Shown piece after piece: positions 31,855 to 44,310 of a DNA stretch of 64,000 nt. Origin of the DNA: an uncultured Gammaproteobacteria bacterium (lineage in GTDB: Bacteria; Patescibacteriota; Patescibacteriia; UBA11705; JABHMO01); NCBI GenBank assembly GCA_964486065.1, contig CAZAKN010000001.1, forward strand, positions 157,640 to 221,639, given 5' to 3'. Made by a program: the position numbers and the translations under genes. Each line of letters starts with the position of its first letter. Position 1 is the stretch's first letter. The notes below the pieces were generated by a model. The model was not told the origin of the DNA. It ran no database searches and was given only the letters and a program-made list of their open reading frames with translations.

Positions 31855-32828
31855 TAAATTTGCCACTTATTATTACTTAATACTGCTTTAACATCATCTA
31901 AAGTTTCCACTCTGACCAAATGTTTACGTATTTCAGCCGCCTTGGGGAAACCACGAAAATACCAACATAAATGCTTGCGTAATTCCACTATGCCATGTTT
32001 ATTTTTGGCTTTAAAATTTAGTTTAGCATGACGCAAAGCGATTTTTTTAATTAGTTCAAAATCCGCTTGTTCATATTTTGATTCAAACAAATATTGCTTA
32101 ATTTGGTTAAAAATCCAAGGTTTACCATACACTCCGCGAGCAATCCCTGCCCCTTGAACACCTGTTTTGTTCATCATAATTTCAACATCTTCCGGAGTAT
32201 TTAAACCACCGTTGCCCAAAACAATACCCTTAAATCGTTTTTTAACTTGTTTAATTACCTCATAATCAACCTCTCCGCTGAAGCCTTGCTCATAACTTCT
32301 ACCATGAAGCATTAACGCGCTGACCGGCAAATCCTTAATTTTATCAATAAATTCAAAAACCGTAACCTTGGTTCGACCTTTATTTATTGAAATCCGAGTT
32401 TTCACTGAAACCGGAATCCTTGATGCTTCACATACCGCATGGACTAATTCGTGACAAAGATTTAAATCTTTTAATAAAGATACTCCCCCACCGTGAGCGA
32501 TCACTTTCTTAGCCGGACAACCGAAATTTAAATCCACACCAGAAAATCCCGCTTCCTGAACCATTTGAACCGCTTTGGTCGCGTGCTCCGGCCTTTTGCC
32601 GAAAAGCTGTATAACCACGGGCTTTTCTTTGGCTGAGAATTTCAACATTTCCATGGTTTTCTTTGATCCATAAGCCAAAGCGTCTATGGAAGTCATCTCA
32701 GTGTAAACAACATCCGCTCCGTTTTCACGACATAATTGCCGAAAAGCCGAATCAGTTACCCCCGCCATCGGCGCCAAAGCCAATATTGGTTTTGATTTTT
32801 TTTGCAATTCCTGCCAAAAATTTTTCAT
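31854..32828 (-). CDS. dusB: tRNA-dihydrouridine synthase (Dus family)
   Basis: LAPMAGVTDSAFRQLC N-terminus, catalytic Cys region. Confidence 0.8.
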   Translation of the reverse strand: MKNFWQELQKKSKPILALAPMAGVTDSAFRQLCRENGADVVYTEMTSIDALAYGSKKTMEMLKFSAKEKPVVIQLFGKRPEHATKAVQMVQEAGFSGVDLNFGCPAKKVIAHGGGVSLLKDLNLCHELVHAVCEASRIPVSVKTRISINKGRTKVTVFEFIDKIKDLPVSALMLHGRSYEQGFSGEVDYEVIKQVKKRFKGIVLGNGGLNTPEDVEIMMNKTGVQGAGIARGVYGKPWIFNQIKQYLFESKYEQADFELIKKIALRHAKLNFKAKNKHGIVELRKHLCWYFRGFPKAAEIRKHLVRVETLDDVKAVLSNNKWQI

Positions 32829-32883
32829 AAAATAAAGGCTCTCCTGCGGAGGGCTTTATTCTTGCTTCAAAAGTTTGAAGTTA

Positions 32884-34272
32884 TTAATTGATTTTTTTAA
32901 TTTCAGTTCCGCCGACAGCGTCTAAAATTTCATAACCCATTTCTTGAACCAATTTTCTAATTTTATCAGCGCGATCATATTTTCCTTTGGCTCGCAATTC
33001 CTCCCTTTCTTGAACCAGTTTTTTCACTTCTTCCGGAATACTGTTTTTTTCATTTCCGTCAAAAGTCATTTCCGCCAATCCCATACCAGCGATTTTATCC
33101 ATTTCCAGCAATGTGGCTCGTTTGTCGGCATCAGTTAAATCGGATTTCAAAACATCATATCCCACAGACATGGCTCTAGGCATATTTAAATCATCTTTTA
33201 CAAATCCCAAATATTTATCAAGAAATTCTTGATTAACTTTTCCCGTTTGCTTACCTAAATTATAAAACTTGGCAATGAATTTTTCGCAAACATTGATAAT
33301 ATTGTCATAGGCTTCCCAACTGAAATTTAGTTTACTGCGATAGTGCGCCATCAAACAATAATAACGGAAAATTATCGGTTCAGAATGTCTTTTTTGCAAA
33401 TCCGTCAAAGTGATTATATTCCCTTTTGATTTGGACATTTTGCCATCGTTCAAAAGTAAAAATTCGCTGTGCATCCAGAAATTCACAAATTTTTTTCCAG
33501 TAACCGCTTCGCTTTGCGCTATTTCATTGGTGTGATGCACAGGGATGTGATCAATTCCTCCCGTATGAATATCCAGCGTTTCTCCCAAGTATTTCATGCT
33601 CATGGCCGAACATTCCAAATGCCAACCGGGAAAACCTTTACCCCAAGGCGATTCCCATTCTTGTTGCCTTTGAACTTTTTCAGAAGAAAACTTCCAAACC
33701 GCGAAATCCGTTGGATTTCTTTTTTCTTGATTAATATGTACTCTGGCTCCTTCTTCTTGCCCGGACAAATTCAATTTGGCCATCCTGCCATAATCCGAAA
33801 ATTTAGCGGTATCAAAATACATGCCATCCGAAGTGCGATAGAGATATCCTTTTTCATCAAGTTTTTTCGCCAAATCAATCTGCTCTTTAATATGATCCGA
33901 AGCTTTGGCCCAAATTTCCGGTTCAATAATATTGAGCTTGGCGATATCGTTTTTAAAAGCATTGGTATAAAAATCAGCGATTTCCTCAGCGCTTTTGGAC
34001 TCCAATCTGGCGCTTTTTTCAATCTTATCTTCACCTCCGTCACCATCATCGGTTAAATGTCCCACATCGGTAATGTTTATCACTTGCTTAACTTCGTAAT
34101 TAAAATATAAAAGTGTTCGTTTCAATAAATCAGAAAACAAATAAGAGCGCAAATTACCGATATGCGCGTAATGATAAACCGTTGGTCCGCAAGTATACAT
34201 GGTCACCAAATTATCATGCAAAGGTTTGAATTCTTCCACTTGGCGAGATAAGGTATTGTAAAATTTAAGCAT
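32884..34272 (-). CDS. cysS: Cysteine--tRNA ligase
   Basis: HIGN and KMSKS motifs, Zn-binding Cys, 462 aa. Confidence 0.9.
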   Translation of the reverse strand: MLKFYNTLSRQVEEFKPLHDNLVTMYTCGPTVYHYAHIGNLRSYLFSDLLKRTLLYFNYEVKQVINITDVGHLTDDGDGGEDKIEKSARLESKSAEEIADFYTNAFKNDIAKLNIIEPEIWAKASDHIKEQIDLAKKLDEKGYLYRTSDGMYFDTAKFSDYGRMAKLNLSGQEEGARVHINQEKRNPTDFAVWKFSSEKVQRQQEWESPWGKGFPGWHLECSAMSMKYLGETLDIHTGGIDHIPVHHTNEIAQSEAVTGKKFVNFWMHSEFLLLNDGKMSKSKGNIITLTDLQKRHSEPIIFRYYCLMAHYRSKLNFSWEAYDNIINVCEKFIAKFYNLGKQTGKVNQEFLDKYLGFVKDDLNMPRAMSVGYDVLKSDLTDADKRATLLEMDKIAGMGLAEMTFDGNEKNSIPEEVKKLVQEREELRAKGKYDRADKIRKLVQEMGYEILDAVGGTEIKKIN

Positions 34273-34338
34273 ATTGTATTTTATGATAAATATTATCTGT
34301 TCATATTTTAGCGAATTTCCGGTAAAAATTCAATAAAC

Positions 34339-34361
34339 GAACGCTCCGCCGAAGGCGGAGC
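34339..34361. terminator. Terminator hairpin (cgctccgcc-gaa-ggcggagcg) downstream of dnaJ
   Basis: 9-bp GC-rich stem + T-run. Confidence 0.6.
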
Positions 34362-34365
34362 GTTT

Positions 34366-35460
34366 TTATTCATCCCATTGTTCCAATATTTTCTTTTGGT
34401 GTCTGGTTAATTTTTTTGGAACTTCAACTTTGATTATGACATAAAAATCTCCGGCTCCGCCGGCATTTAACCGAGGAACACCTTTGCCTCTTAAACGAAA
34501 CCTTGTACTGGATTGCGTTCCCGCCGGTATTTTCAAATCCACCGTGCCATCCAAAGTGGTAATTTCAATTTTATCACCTAAAGCGGCTTGCTTAAAACTG
34601 ATTTTATGTTCGGTATAAATATCATTACCATGTCTTTCAAAATCAGGATCGGATTTAACTCTCAAGCGAACATACAAATCACCGTTCTGTCCGCCGGCCG
34701 CCGCTTCCCCTCCGCCGGGAACACGCAAAGTTGAACCGTCGGCAATCCCCGCCGGAATAGTTATTTCAATTCTTTCTTTATTTTTAACTACGCCTTGCCC
34801 ACTACACTTGGAACAAAGTTTTTCCGGTATTTTCCCATCACCTTGACATTGCTGACATACTCTTTCCGTACGCATAGCACCCAGAAAAGTTCGTCTGATT
34901 TCTTGCACGCGCCCTTTCCCTTCGCAAACTTCGCAAGTTTTGAATCCACTTCCCGGTTCGGCTTTATTACCATGACAATTCGGACATTTAACGGTTTTGT
35001 ATAATTCAATGGTTTTCTTCACACCAAAAACCGCTTCTTTGAAATCCAAAGCCAAATCAACTTCAATATCATCACCACGCGGAACACCGGCCGATCTTCT
35101 ACCTCCACCGCCAAAACCGAAGATATCGCCGAAAATATCGCCCAAATCTCCCATGTCAAAATTCATGCCTTGAAAACCGCCTCCGCCACCTTGCTTGGCG
35201 TAACGCATGAAATCATCCCAATTCATTCCTCCGCCAAATCCTCCTTGTTGGTCAAAAGTGGAACCGAATTGATCATATTGTTTACGTTTTTGTTCATTAC
35301 CAAGAACTTGATAAGCTTCGTTCACTTCTTTAAACTTGGCTTCATCACCATCTTTTTTATCGGGATGATATTTATGCGCCAATTTACGAAAAGCTTTTTT
35401 TATCTCGTCTTGTCCGGCATTTTTATCAACTTCCAATATTTTATAATAATCTTTTCCCAT
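34366..35460 (-). CDS. dnaJ: Chaperone DnaJ
   Basis: J-domain HPD, G/F region, four CxxCxGxG repeats. Confidence 0.9.
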   Translation of the reverse strand: MGKDYYKILEVDKNAGQDEIKKAFRKLAHKYHPDKKDGDEAKFKEVNEAYQVLGNEQKRKQYDQFGSTFDQQGGFGGGMNWDDFMRYAKQGGGGGFQGMNFDMGDLGDIFGDIFGFGGGGRRSAGVPRGDDIEVDLALDFKEAVFGVKKTIELYKTVKCPNCHGNKAEPGSGFKTCEVCEGKGRVQEIRRTFLGAMRTERVCQQCQGDGKIPEKLCSKCSGQGVVKNKERIEITIPAGIADGSTLRVPGGGEAAAGGQNGDLYVRLRVKSDPDFERHGNDIYTEHKISFKQAALGDKIEITTLDGTVDLKIPAGTQSSTRFRLRGKGVPRLNAGGAGDFYVIIKVEVPKKLTRHQKKILEQWDE

Positions 35461-35486
35461 GTGTTAATTGAAGTATTATGTTTAAT

Positions 35487-35813
35487 CTAAGCCACTTCCC
35501 AATTATCAATATCCGGCTTGTCCCCGATTTTACGCGGTGACTTTGTTTGATAATCATTCTTTTCAGGCATCGGTATTTCTCCGAATTTTTTTTCATATTT
35601 TTCCAAATTTTCGTTTAACGCCTTGATCATGCTTTTAAAATGTTTTGGCGTAGCCACCAATTTGGATACCGTTTTTCCGGTCGGCGGTAATATATTGGCG
35701 AAAATCAAATGAAATTCTTCTTGATTATGATTAACTTGCAACATATTGGCATAATCTGCTCCAGGCACTTTATCGGCTATTTTAATCTCTGTTTTTTTGT
35801 TTGATTGCTCCAT
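35487..35813 (-). CDS. DUF3467-like hypothetical protein
   Basis: 108 aa, within heat-shock operon. Confidence 0.4.
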   Translation of the reverse strand: MEQSNKKTEIKIADKVPGADYANMLQVNHNQEEFHLIFANILPPTGKTVSKLVATPKHFKSMIKALNENLEKYEKKFGEIPMPEKNDYQTKSPRKIGDKPDIDNWEVA

Positions 35814-35833
35814 AAAATATTTGTTTAATTTTA

Positions 35834-36256
35834 TTATTTATCACGCCAGCCAAACTCTTTCATTTGCTCGGCCATTTCTTGATCAGATAATTCAAGATTC
35901 GGATCTTCTTCCGGCCCCGCTTCTTCTTCTTTCGGTACGGTGAAATTGAAATCTTCGGATTTAATCATTCGCAAATTTTTCTCTCTTGCTTTGCGACGAA
36001 TTTCTCTATCTGATGAAATTAAAATATCACCGGGACGATTATTTTCCATAATAAAATCAATCAATCCCTTATCCGCGTCGCCGGTAAAATTCACTTCCAC
36101 GCGACTCACGGAAAGATCATTATTTGAATATCCATCAAAAAATATTACCGCTTTTTTGTTATAAGCTTGGCAATACTTTGCCAAAGCCGCTATCAATTCT
36201 TGATTGGTTTCAAAATCGGTCTGATACAATAGATTGTAACCGTCTATCAAAAGCAT
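35834..36256 (-). CDS. NYN-domain (YacP/Rae1-like PIN-fold) predicted RNase
   Basis: LLIDGYN..VIFFDGY..ILISSD motif pattern of NYN nucleases. Confidence 0.6.
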   Translation of the reverse strand: MLLIDGYNLLYQTDFETNQELIAALAKYCQAYNKKAVIFFDGYSNNDLSVSRVEVNFTGDADKGLIDFIMENNRPGDILISSDREIRRKAREKNLRMIKSEDFNFTVPKEEEAGPEEDPNLELSDQEMAEQMKEFGWRDK

Positions 36257-36374
36257 AAAACATTAATCATATAATACCGAGAAACCGCTTTTATCTCAAA
36301 CCTTTGGCAAAACAAGAACACTTACTTAGCGAAATATTTTAAACAATTTCCGGTTTCCGATTGCTTTTATCTTT

Positions 36375-38378
<2,004 letters not shown>

Positions 38379-38424
38379 TTACTTTATCAAGGCGGAGACA
38401 GATCTCCACCTCATAAAACAAATA

Positions 38425-38850
38425 TTATTTTTTCTTATTGTTGACTTTGACGGCAATTTTTTTACTCTTCTTTTCCGGCGCTTTTGGCACTGAAACTTTT
38501 AAAACACCGTCTTGATAAGCGGCGGACGCTTTATCTCCCAAAACATGTTTGGGAAGCGCCACTTGACGAAAAAAACTGCCGGAACGAATTTCACGGCGAT
38601 AATAATTCTTGTCTTCCACTTCTGATTTTTTTTGCATTTTTCCTTGCAAAGTGAGCACATCGTCTTCAATACTGATATCCACTTTTTCAGGATCAATTCC
38701 GGCCAAAGGAATTTCCACGATCAAATCTCTTCCTTTTTCATAGATGTCCACCGCCGGAGCAAAACCGACCGGAGCTTTTACGCCGGAATTCTCAAAAAAT
38801 TTGTCAAAATCATCAAATGATTCCATAAAAGGTTTCCAAGGTATAAGCAT
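38425..38850 (-). CDS. Small heat shock protein (Hsp20/alpha-crystallin)
   Basis: ACD domain, GVLKVSVPK motif. Confidence 0.8.
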   Translation of the reverse strand: MLIPWKPFMESFDDFDKFFENSGVKAPVGFAPAVDIYEKGRDLIVEIPLAGIDPEKVDISIEDDVLTLQGKMQKKSEVEDKNYYRREIRSGSFFRQVALPKHVLGDKASAAYQDGVLKVSVPKAPEKKSKKIAVKVNNKKK

Positions 38851-38981
38851 ATTTTTGTGAGTTTAACGGCCGAGCCGATTGACGAGACAAGCATCGCCTT
38901 GTCAACCGCGGTCGCAACCCAAGTTATTTATCACATAACACTGAACGCGAAATAAATCAAAGCAATATCTTATCTTATGTT

Positions 38982-39482
38982 TTATGCTTTATTTTCCAAG
39001 TTGTTTACAACAACTTTGGCCGCTTGCAAAACTTTATCTCCAAGTAAATAACCGGAGCGTTTGCATTCTATTATTTCCCCATCTTTTTTATCGGACAAGC
39101 TGGCACTTTCCACGGCTTCATGAAATTCCGGATTAAACATTTCTCCGTGCGGATTAATTTCCTTTACTCCCAAATCCGTGAAAAAATCTTGTAATTGTTT
39201 TTTTATGTATTCAAATCCTTTTACCCAAGGATTATCTTTATCCTTCTCAGCTTGCGTCAAGGCGACATTGAAATTATCCAAAATCGGCAATAAACTTGTG
39301 ATCAAATTACCATTGGCGTATTTAATCAATTCCGCTTTTTCTTCCGCTGTTTGTTTTTGTAAATTTTGATAATCAGCTTGCGCCCTTTTCCATCCGGCTA
39401 AATACTCTTCACATTTTTGTTTCAATTCAGACAATTCGTCTTTTTTCTGTTTGGTTTTTGGAATTTTTTTATCTTTTGGCAT
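38982..39482 (-). CDS. grpE: Nucleotide exchange factor GrpE
   Basis: GrpE coiled-coil + C-terminal domain motifs. Confidence 0.85.
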   Translation of the reverse strand: MPKDKKIPKTKQKKDELSELKQKCEEYLAGWKRAQADYQNLQKQTAEEKAELIKYANGNLITSLLPILDNFNVALTQAEKDKDNPWVKGFEYIKKQLQDFFTDLGVKEINPHGEMFNPEFHEAVESASLSDKKDGEIIECKRSGYLLGDKVLQAAKVVVNNLENKA

Positions 39483-39582
39483 ATAAGGAATATAAATAAA
39501 TATTTTTTAAACTACCAGGGAGAGCTTGGAAATTTTCTTCATTTTCGACAGAAGCTCCGCGATCCGTACTTTTTTACCGATT

Positions 39583-40293
39583 CTACTTTACTCCGCCAAG
39601 CAATTTCACACTGTCTCTGATCAAAGCGTAATTTTTTTCGTACTTCATCCGCATGGGACCAAGTAGCGCGATCACCCCTTTATATTTCCCCAACCGGTAA
39701 CCGGAAACAATTAAACTGCAATCACAACCGAACGGATTATCCGAGCCGATCAAGATTTCGGGTTCTTTAATTTCATTTTTTAAAAAATCGCAAATTTTAC
39801 TGTCCATGTGTTCAATAACCGAAGACAAGTTTATCACCAATTCGGGACTGTTGAACTCCGGCTGAGAAAAAATGTTGGATAATCCCGTATAATAATTATC
39901 ACATTCGGAAAAAGCCACCATCACTCCTTGCCCCGACAATAGTGCCACGGCTTTGGCGAAATTTTTCAATTTCAATCTATCTTCTTGATCAATACTTTGC
40001 AATTCGCGCAAAATCTTGCTTTCTTTGGCTGATAAATCTCTGTCTTTATCCAAATATCTGGACACATAATGTCTATACGCTTTTTCCGTGGGAATTCTAC
40101 CTGCCGAAGTATGTGGCTGAAATATAAATCCATCCCGTTCCAAACCAGCCATATCATTGCGCACGGTAGCCGGACTGACCTGCTCTTTTAAAGACGCCGC
40201 CAAAAGACCCGAAGCGATAGGTTGCGCCTCGGCAATAAACGAATCAATTATTTTTTTGAGAACTTGCTCTTTTCTTTGTTCGCTCATATTCAA
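39583..40293 (-). CDS. hrcA: Heat-inducible transcription repressor HrcA (short form)
   Basis: N-terminal wHTH, position just downstream of CIRCE. Confidence 0.7.
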   Translation of the reverse strand: MNMSEQRKEQVLKKIIDSFIAEAQPIASGLLAASLKEQVSPATVRNDMAGLERDGFIFQPHTSAGRIPTEKAYRHYVSRYLDKDRDLSAKESKILRELQSIDQEDRLKLKNFAKAVALLSGQGVMVAFSECDNYYTGLSNIFSQPEFNSPELVINLSSVIEHMDSKICDFLKNEIKEPEILIGSDNPFGCDCSLIVSGYRLGKYKGVIALLGPMRMKYEKNYALIRDSVKLLGGVK

Positions 40294-40321
40294 TTGTTTA
40301 CGCTTATATTATAAAAATAAA

Positions 40322-40348
40322 ATTAGCACTCGTCAAGTTAGAGTGCTA
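40322..40348 (-). promoter_or_regulatory. CIRCE operator (TTAGCACTC-N9-GAGTGCTAA), HrcA binding site upstream of hrcA-grpE-hsp20-dnaK
   Basis: Perfect match to CIRCE consensus 9-N9-9 inverted repeat. Confidence 0.9.
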
Positions 40349-40369
40349 ATCGCTGTAAACTCGGTCAAT

Positions 40370-41596
40370 CTAGCCCATCCCGCTTTCTCCCGTCAGTCGT
40401 GAAAATATTCTCATGAGTTTTTTATAATAAGTTTCAAAATCATTATCTTTTTCAATTTGCGCTCGGGCCGCGCGGCCCATTCTCTCAAGTTCACCTGACG
40501 GCAAATCATACATTTCTTTTATGCGTTTCGCCAAGTCCTGTTCATTGCCGGCTTGAAAAAATCTTCCGGTTTTATCCGGTGCCACAAGTTCTTTGGCTCC
40601 TCCCAATTTACTGGATAAAACCGGCTTACCCATGGCATAGGATTCCAAAATCACCATGGGATAGTTTTCATATGACTCGGAAGGAAAAACCGTAAAACGA
40701 GCTTTACTGATAATTTTTTGTAAATCTTTACCGTATTTGGCGCCGAGAAATTCTGTATTTTGCAATTTATATTTTCGCGCCAAGCGTTTAGCCTCCGTGG
40801 CCAGCGGACCTTTACCCACAATTTTAAGTGGTAGCTCGGGATTGGCTCGCATAGCTTTCAATAAAGTGAGAATGCCTTTATGACCGATCAAGCGACCGAT
40901 AAAAACAATGTCTTTACCTGCTTCATATCGGGGCACGAAATTTCGCAAATCAAGCGCGTTAGTAATCACTTCCACCGGCTGTTTAACTCCCCAATCTTGA
41001 ATTTTTCGCGCCAAAAATTTACTCGGTGAAATAAATAAATCAATTTTGCGACGATAATAACCGAAAAACCATTGCAAGTAAAGCTCTTTGGCGGCAAGAA
41101 TACTCGCCAAATACGAATCCTGTACGCATTTATTTAATATGCAATTGTAATATTTACGCTTTTTGCAACGCTCGCAAACCGCATTCTCGGTATAAAGCGA
41201 ATAATTCGGACAAATTATTTGATAATCATGCAAAGTTTGGATTACAGGAATTTTTCGCTTATTTAACGGCTTTAAGATTGAAGGAGACAGATAATGATGA
41301 ATATTGTGTAAATGCGCCACATCCGGCGAAAATTCTCGTAAAAGCGATTCCAATCTGCGCGCCGCTTCAGGATAATAAATATAGCGAAAACTTTTTCCCA
41401 ACCACCCGCTATGTTCTGAAAAATCCGTATTGGGAACAAAAAAAATATCTTGCTCGCAAGGCTCGTTCCTTAGATCTTCCATGGAAAAACATTGCACTTC
41501 ATGTCCCTTGCTTTCCAATAATTCCTTTTCTTGCAAATATACTCGCTCCGCACCTCCGCGCAAATAGTGAAATTTGTTGATCAGTAAAATTTTCAT
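40370..41596 (-). CDS. Glycosyltransferase family 1 (GT4)
   Basis: GT-B fold motifs, E.....E C-terminal motif. Confidence 0.7.
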   Translation of the reverse strand: MKILLINKFHYLRGGAERVYLQEKELLESKGHEVQCFSMEDLRNEPCEQDIFFVPNTDFSEHSGWLGKSFRYIYYPEAARRLESLLREFSPDVAHLHNIHHYLSPSILKPLNKRKIPVIQTLHDYQIICPNYSLYTENAVCERCKKRKYYNCILNKCVQDSYLASILAAKELYLQWFFGYYRRKIDLFISPSKFLARKIQDWGVKQPVEVITNALDLRNFVPRYEAGKDIVFIGRLIGHKGILTLLKAMRANPELPLKIVGKGPLATEAKRLARKYKLQNTEFLGAKYGKDLQKIISKARFTVFPSESYENYPMVILESYAMGKPVLSSKLGGAKELVAPDKTGRFFQAGNEQDLAKRIKEMYDLPSGELERMGRAARAQIEKDNDFETYYKKLMRIFSRLTGESGMG

Positions 41597-42667
41597 TTAT
41601 AAACTGTTATATAAATCTTGGTATTGTTTGACCGTTAAGTTAATATCAAATTTTTCTTTAACATCATTTTGCATTTGCGCGGCCAATTTCTTTGCTTCGC
41701 GCGGATTTTCAAAAACCCATTGCAAATGCGAAAAAAGCTGTTCTATATTCTTCGCCTTGAAAAGCAATCCGTTTTTTTTATCTTGAATTATTTCCGGAAC
41801 TCCTCCCACATTCGTGCCGATAACCAGACACCCGGCGGCGGAAGCTTCCAAAACGGCCAAACTGAGTCCTTCACTTTCCGAGGGTAAAACAAACACATCC
41901 CAAGTCGCCAAATATTTCTTCACATCATGAGTAGTCCCAATGAATTTCACATTTTCCTTCATGCCCAGACCAGACACTATACTTTCCAACTCTCCACGCA
42001 AAGGACCATCCCCCACCAATTGCAAACGCCAATCTTCTTTCGGCAAAAAACGGCAAGCTCGGATCAAATGTTTATGTCCTTTTTCTTTGCTCATTCTTCC
42101 CACATTGCCGATAATAAAAGGTTTATTTTTTAATATTTTCTTATCAGGATTGGCGAATTTTCGCGTATCAATGCCATTGTAAATCACTTCCACTTTTTCA
42201 AAATCCAAACCTTCATTATTTATCAAATGTTCGCGGATAACATTGGAAATGGCAATCACTTTATCCATTTTTTTACGCGAACGATTGCCGAGAAATGTCT
42301 TGGCGCGACCTTCGTTTAAAATGTCATGCCTCGTGCTGATAATTTTTTTCACCTCCGCGCGACGAGCCGCCCAAGCTCCCCAAAAATCAGCTGCGAACAA
42401 ATTGGTGTGAACAATATCCGGTTTTTCTTGTTTTAAATACAAAGTTAAACGATTCACCAACTCCACATCGGTTTTACCCGATTTATTGAAAGTTTTTACT
42501 TCAATACCGTATTCTTCAAAATCAGGCAATAAAAAATTATCATCATCTCGCATCACGCAAACACTGATTTTAAATTTTTGCTTGTCTATGCGCTTACAAA
42601 TATCCAGAAGCAATCTTTCCGCCCCCCCATAACCCAAGCCTCCTATCATGTAACAAATTTTTTTCAT
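41597..42667 (-). CDS. Glycosyltransferase family 1 (GT4)
   Basis: GGAERLL N-terminal motif, 356 aa. Confidence 0.7.
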   Translation of the reverse strand: MKKICYMIGGLGYGGAERLLLDICKRIDKQKFKISVCVMRDDDNFLLPDFEEYGIEVKTFNKSGKTDVELVNRLTLYLKQEKPDIVHTNLFAADFWGAWAARRAEVKKIISTRHDILNEGRAKTFLGNRSRKKMDKVIAISNVIREHLINNEGLDFEKVEVIYNGIDTRKFANPDKKILKNKPFIIGNVGRMSKEKGHKHLIRACRFLPKEDWRLQLVGDGPLRGELESIVSGLGMKENVKFIGTTHDVKKYLATWDVFVLPSESEGLSLAVLEASAAGCLVIGTNVGGVPEIIQDKKNGLLFKAKNIEQLFSHLQWVFENPREAKKLAAQMQNDVKEKFDINLTVKQYQDLYNSL

Positions 42668-42713
42668 ATATTTATTATCTTCACTTCCAACTTAATGAAA
42701 ATCGGTAATTAAA

Positions 42714-44150
42714 TCAAGATTTGGCATATCTTGGATCTTTTTTAACAAGTTCCGAGCCCACCAACATTAATCCGCAAGGTAGCCACATTTTGGCTATAAA
42801 ATATGAAGTGGAAAAAAGTTGCGCGAAAAACATTCCGCCGGCCATGAGAAACAATGCCAAAATCAACATTTGACCTTCGTGATTAACACTGAAAAACATT
42901 TTGCCCGTGCGATAAAACAACCATATAAAAAATATGACAAATGAAATAAATCCGAATAAGCCGGTTTCGGTTAAAAGTTTTTGGATAAAACCATGGGCAT
43001 CCAAGGGATCACCGTATTGAACCCAAAAAGCGAATGTTTCACCGATGATTTCTTGAAAAGTTCCCAATCCATGCCCGACAAATGGATGTTCTCCCCAAGC
43101 GGACAAAGTGATCATGGTCATCATCAAACGATTGGAAGTGGAAGTTTGCACTTCCTTTTCTTGCACCCAAACGGTAGAATAAAAAACTCCCATCGCCAAA
43201 ACAAGTAAAACCAAAACCGCGATTATTTCAAATTTTTTGAATTTGAATTTTATCAAATGATCTTTGTATAAAAATAAAGCCAAAGCTAAAACCTGTAAAC
43301 CCAAAACCAGCCAGCCCGTTCGCGAAAATGTCAACATAAGCACGATGCTCATAAACAAGATGGCCAATAAATACCAACCCTGATGCTTGATTTTCCTCGC
43401 CGTGAAAAATAAAAACAAAGCCGCCGGCACGGCAATTATCAAACTTTCCGCCACAGCGTTATGATTCCCCTCCAGCCAATTCAATCCGAAAATCGGCCAC
43501 GGCGTGGCTCTACGCATAAACCAACCTCCTTCACTGAAAAGAACGGTCAAAAATCCCAGCGTAGCTGACAATAGTCCACCCGCCAAAATCATCCAAAGAA
43601 TTTTTTTTAATTCCACTTTACTTTTTATGATATTGAACGGCAAAACCATAAACATGATGTAAGCGAAAACCAAAGGACGAAGAAAAAACTCAGCAGACAA
43701 CTGCCAGTGCGGAGTATTGATAAAAGATAAAGCCGATGCCACGAAAAAAATCAAGGCATAAGTCCAACCGGGCATGCGAGTTATGCTGGGCTCCTCCGGA
43801 GAGGGACGACAGACTGCGCCTTTAAGAAATTGACCGGTTAGCATGCGCATTAAAATTCCTGCAAGTAAAAGCAAAGCGAATAAATCAACATACGGGACAC
43901 TGAATCCGAAAGTTTCGGCTCTCAACCCCCAAAACGGCATAAAAAATGCCATTAAATAAAGTCCCAAAATCGGATAGACCGCAAACAATAAGGATATCAA
44001 CATGGCCACTTCAAAAAACAAAACATAAAGCCATGGAAAAAAATAACTGCCTATAAAACCGGCTATCACAAAAACAATTAAGAAAAAGCCACTCATTTTT
44101 TTCAAATCCTCAGCACTCAATTTAAATGTTTTATTATTCATATTGTACAA
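42714..44150 (-). CDS. O-antigen ligase/polymerase-like (Wzy_C family) polytopic membrane protein
   Basis: About 12 TM helices with large periplasmic loop, 478 aa. Confidence 0.55.
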   Translation of the reverse strand: MYNMNNKTFKLSAEDLKKMSGFFLIVFVIAGFIGSYFFPWLYVLFFEVAMLISLLFAVYPILGLYLMAFFMPFWGLRAETFGFSVPYVDLFALLLLAGILMRMLTGQFLKGAVCRPSPEEPSITRMPGWTYALIFFVASALSFINTPHWQLSAEFFLRPLVFAYIMFMVLPFNIIKSKVELKKILWMILAGGLLSATLGFLTVLFSEGGWFMRRATPWPIFGLNWLEGNHNAVAESLIIAVPAALFLFFTARKIKHQGWYLLAILFMSIVLMLTFSRTGWLVLGLQVLALALFLYKDHLIKFKFKKFEIIAVLVLLVLAMGVFYSTVWVQEKEVQTSTSNRLMMTMITLSAWGEHPFVGHGLGTFQEIIGETFAFWVQYGDPLDAHGFIQKLLTETGLFGFISFVIFFIWLFYRTGKMFFSVNHEGQMLILALFLMAGGMFFAQLFSTSYFIAKMWLPCGLMLVGSELVKKDPRYAKS

Positions 44151-44260
44151 ATTATAGCATATTTTTGATTATAATCACACAAAAAAAGTCTGTTCACAAA
44201 ACACGGAATTCCAAACATGGAAAATTCTTAACGATCTATGATCCGTGTTTTGTGGCAAAT

Positions 44261-44292
44261 AAAAAAGGCGGAAGCTGTTGCTTCCGCCTGAA
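44261..44292 (-). terminator. Terminator of the giant gene (ggcggaagc-tgtt-gcttccgcc, T-run on minus strand)
   Basis: 9-bp stem, A6 before on plus strand. Confidence 0.7.
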
Positions 44293-44310
44293 AGTTATAA
44301 AGAACGAAGT

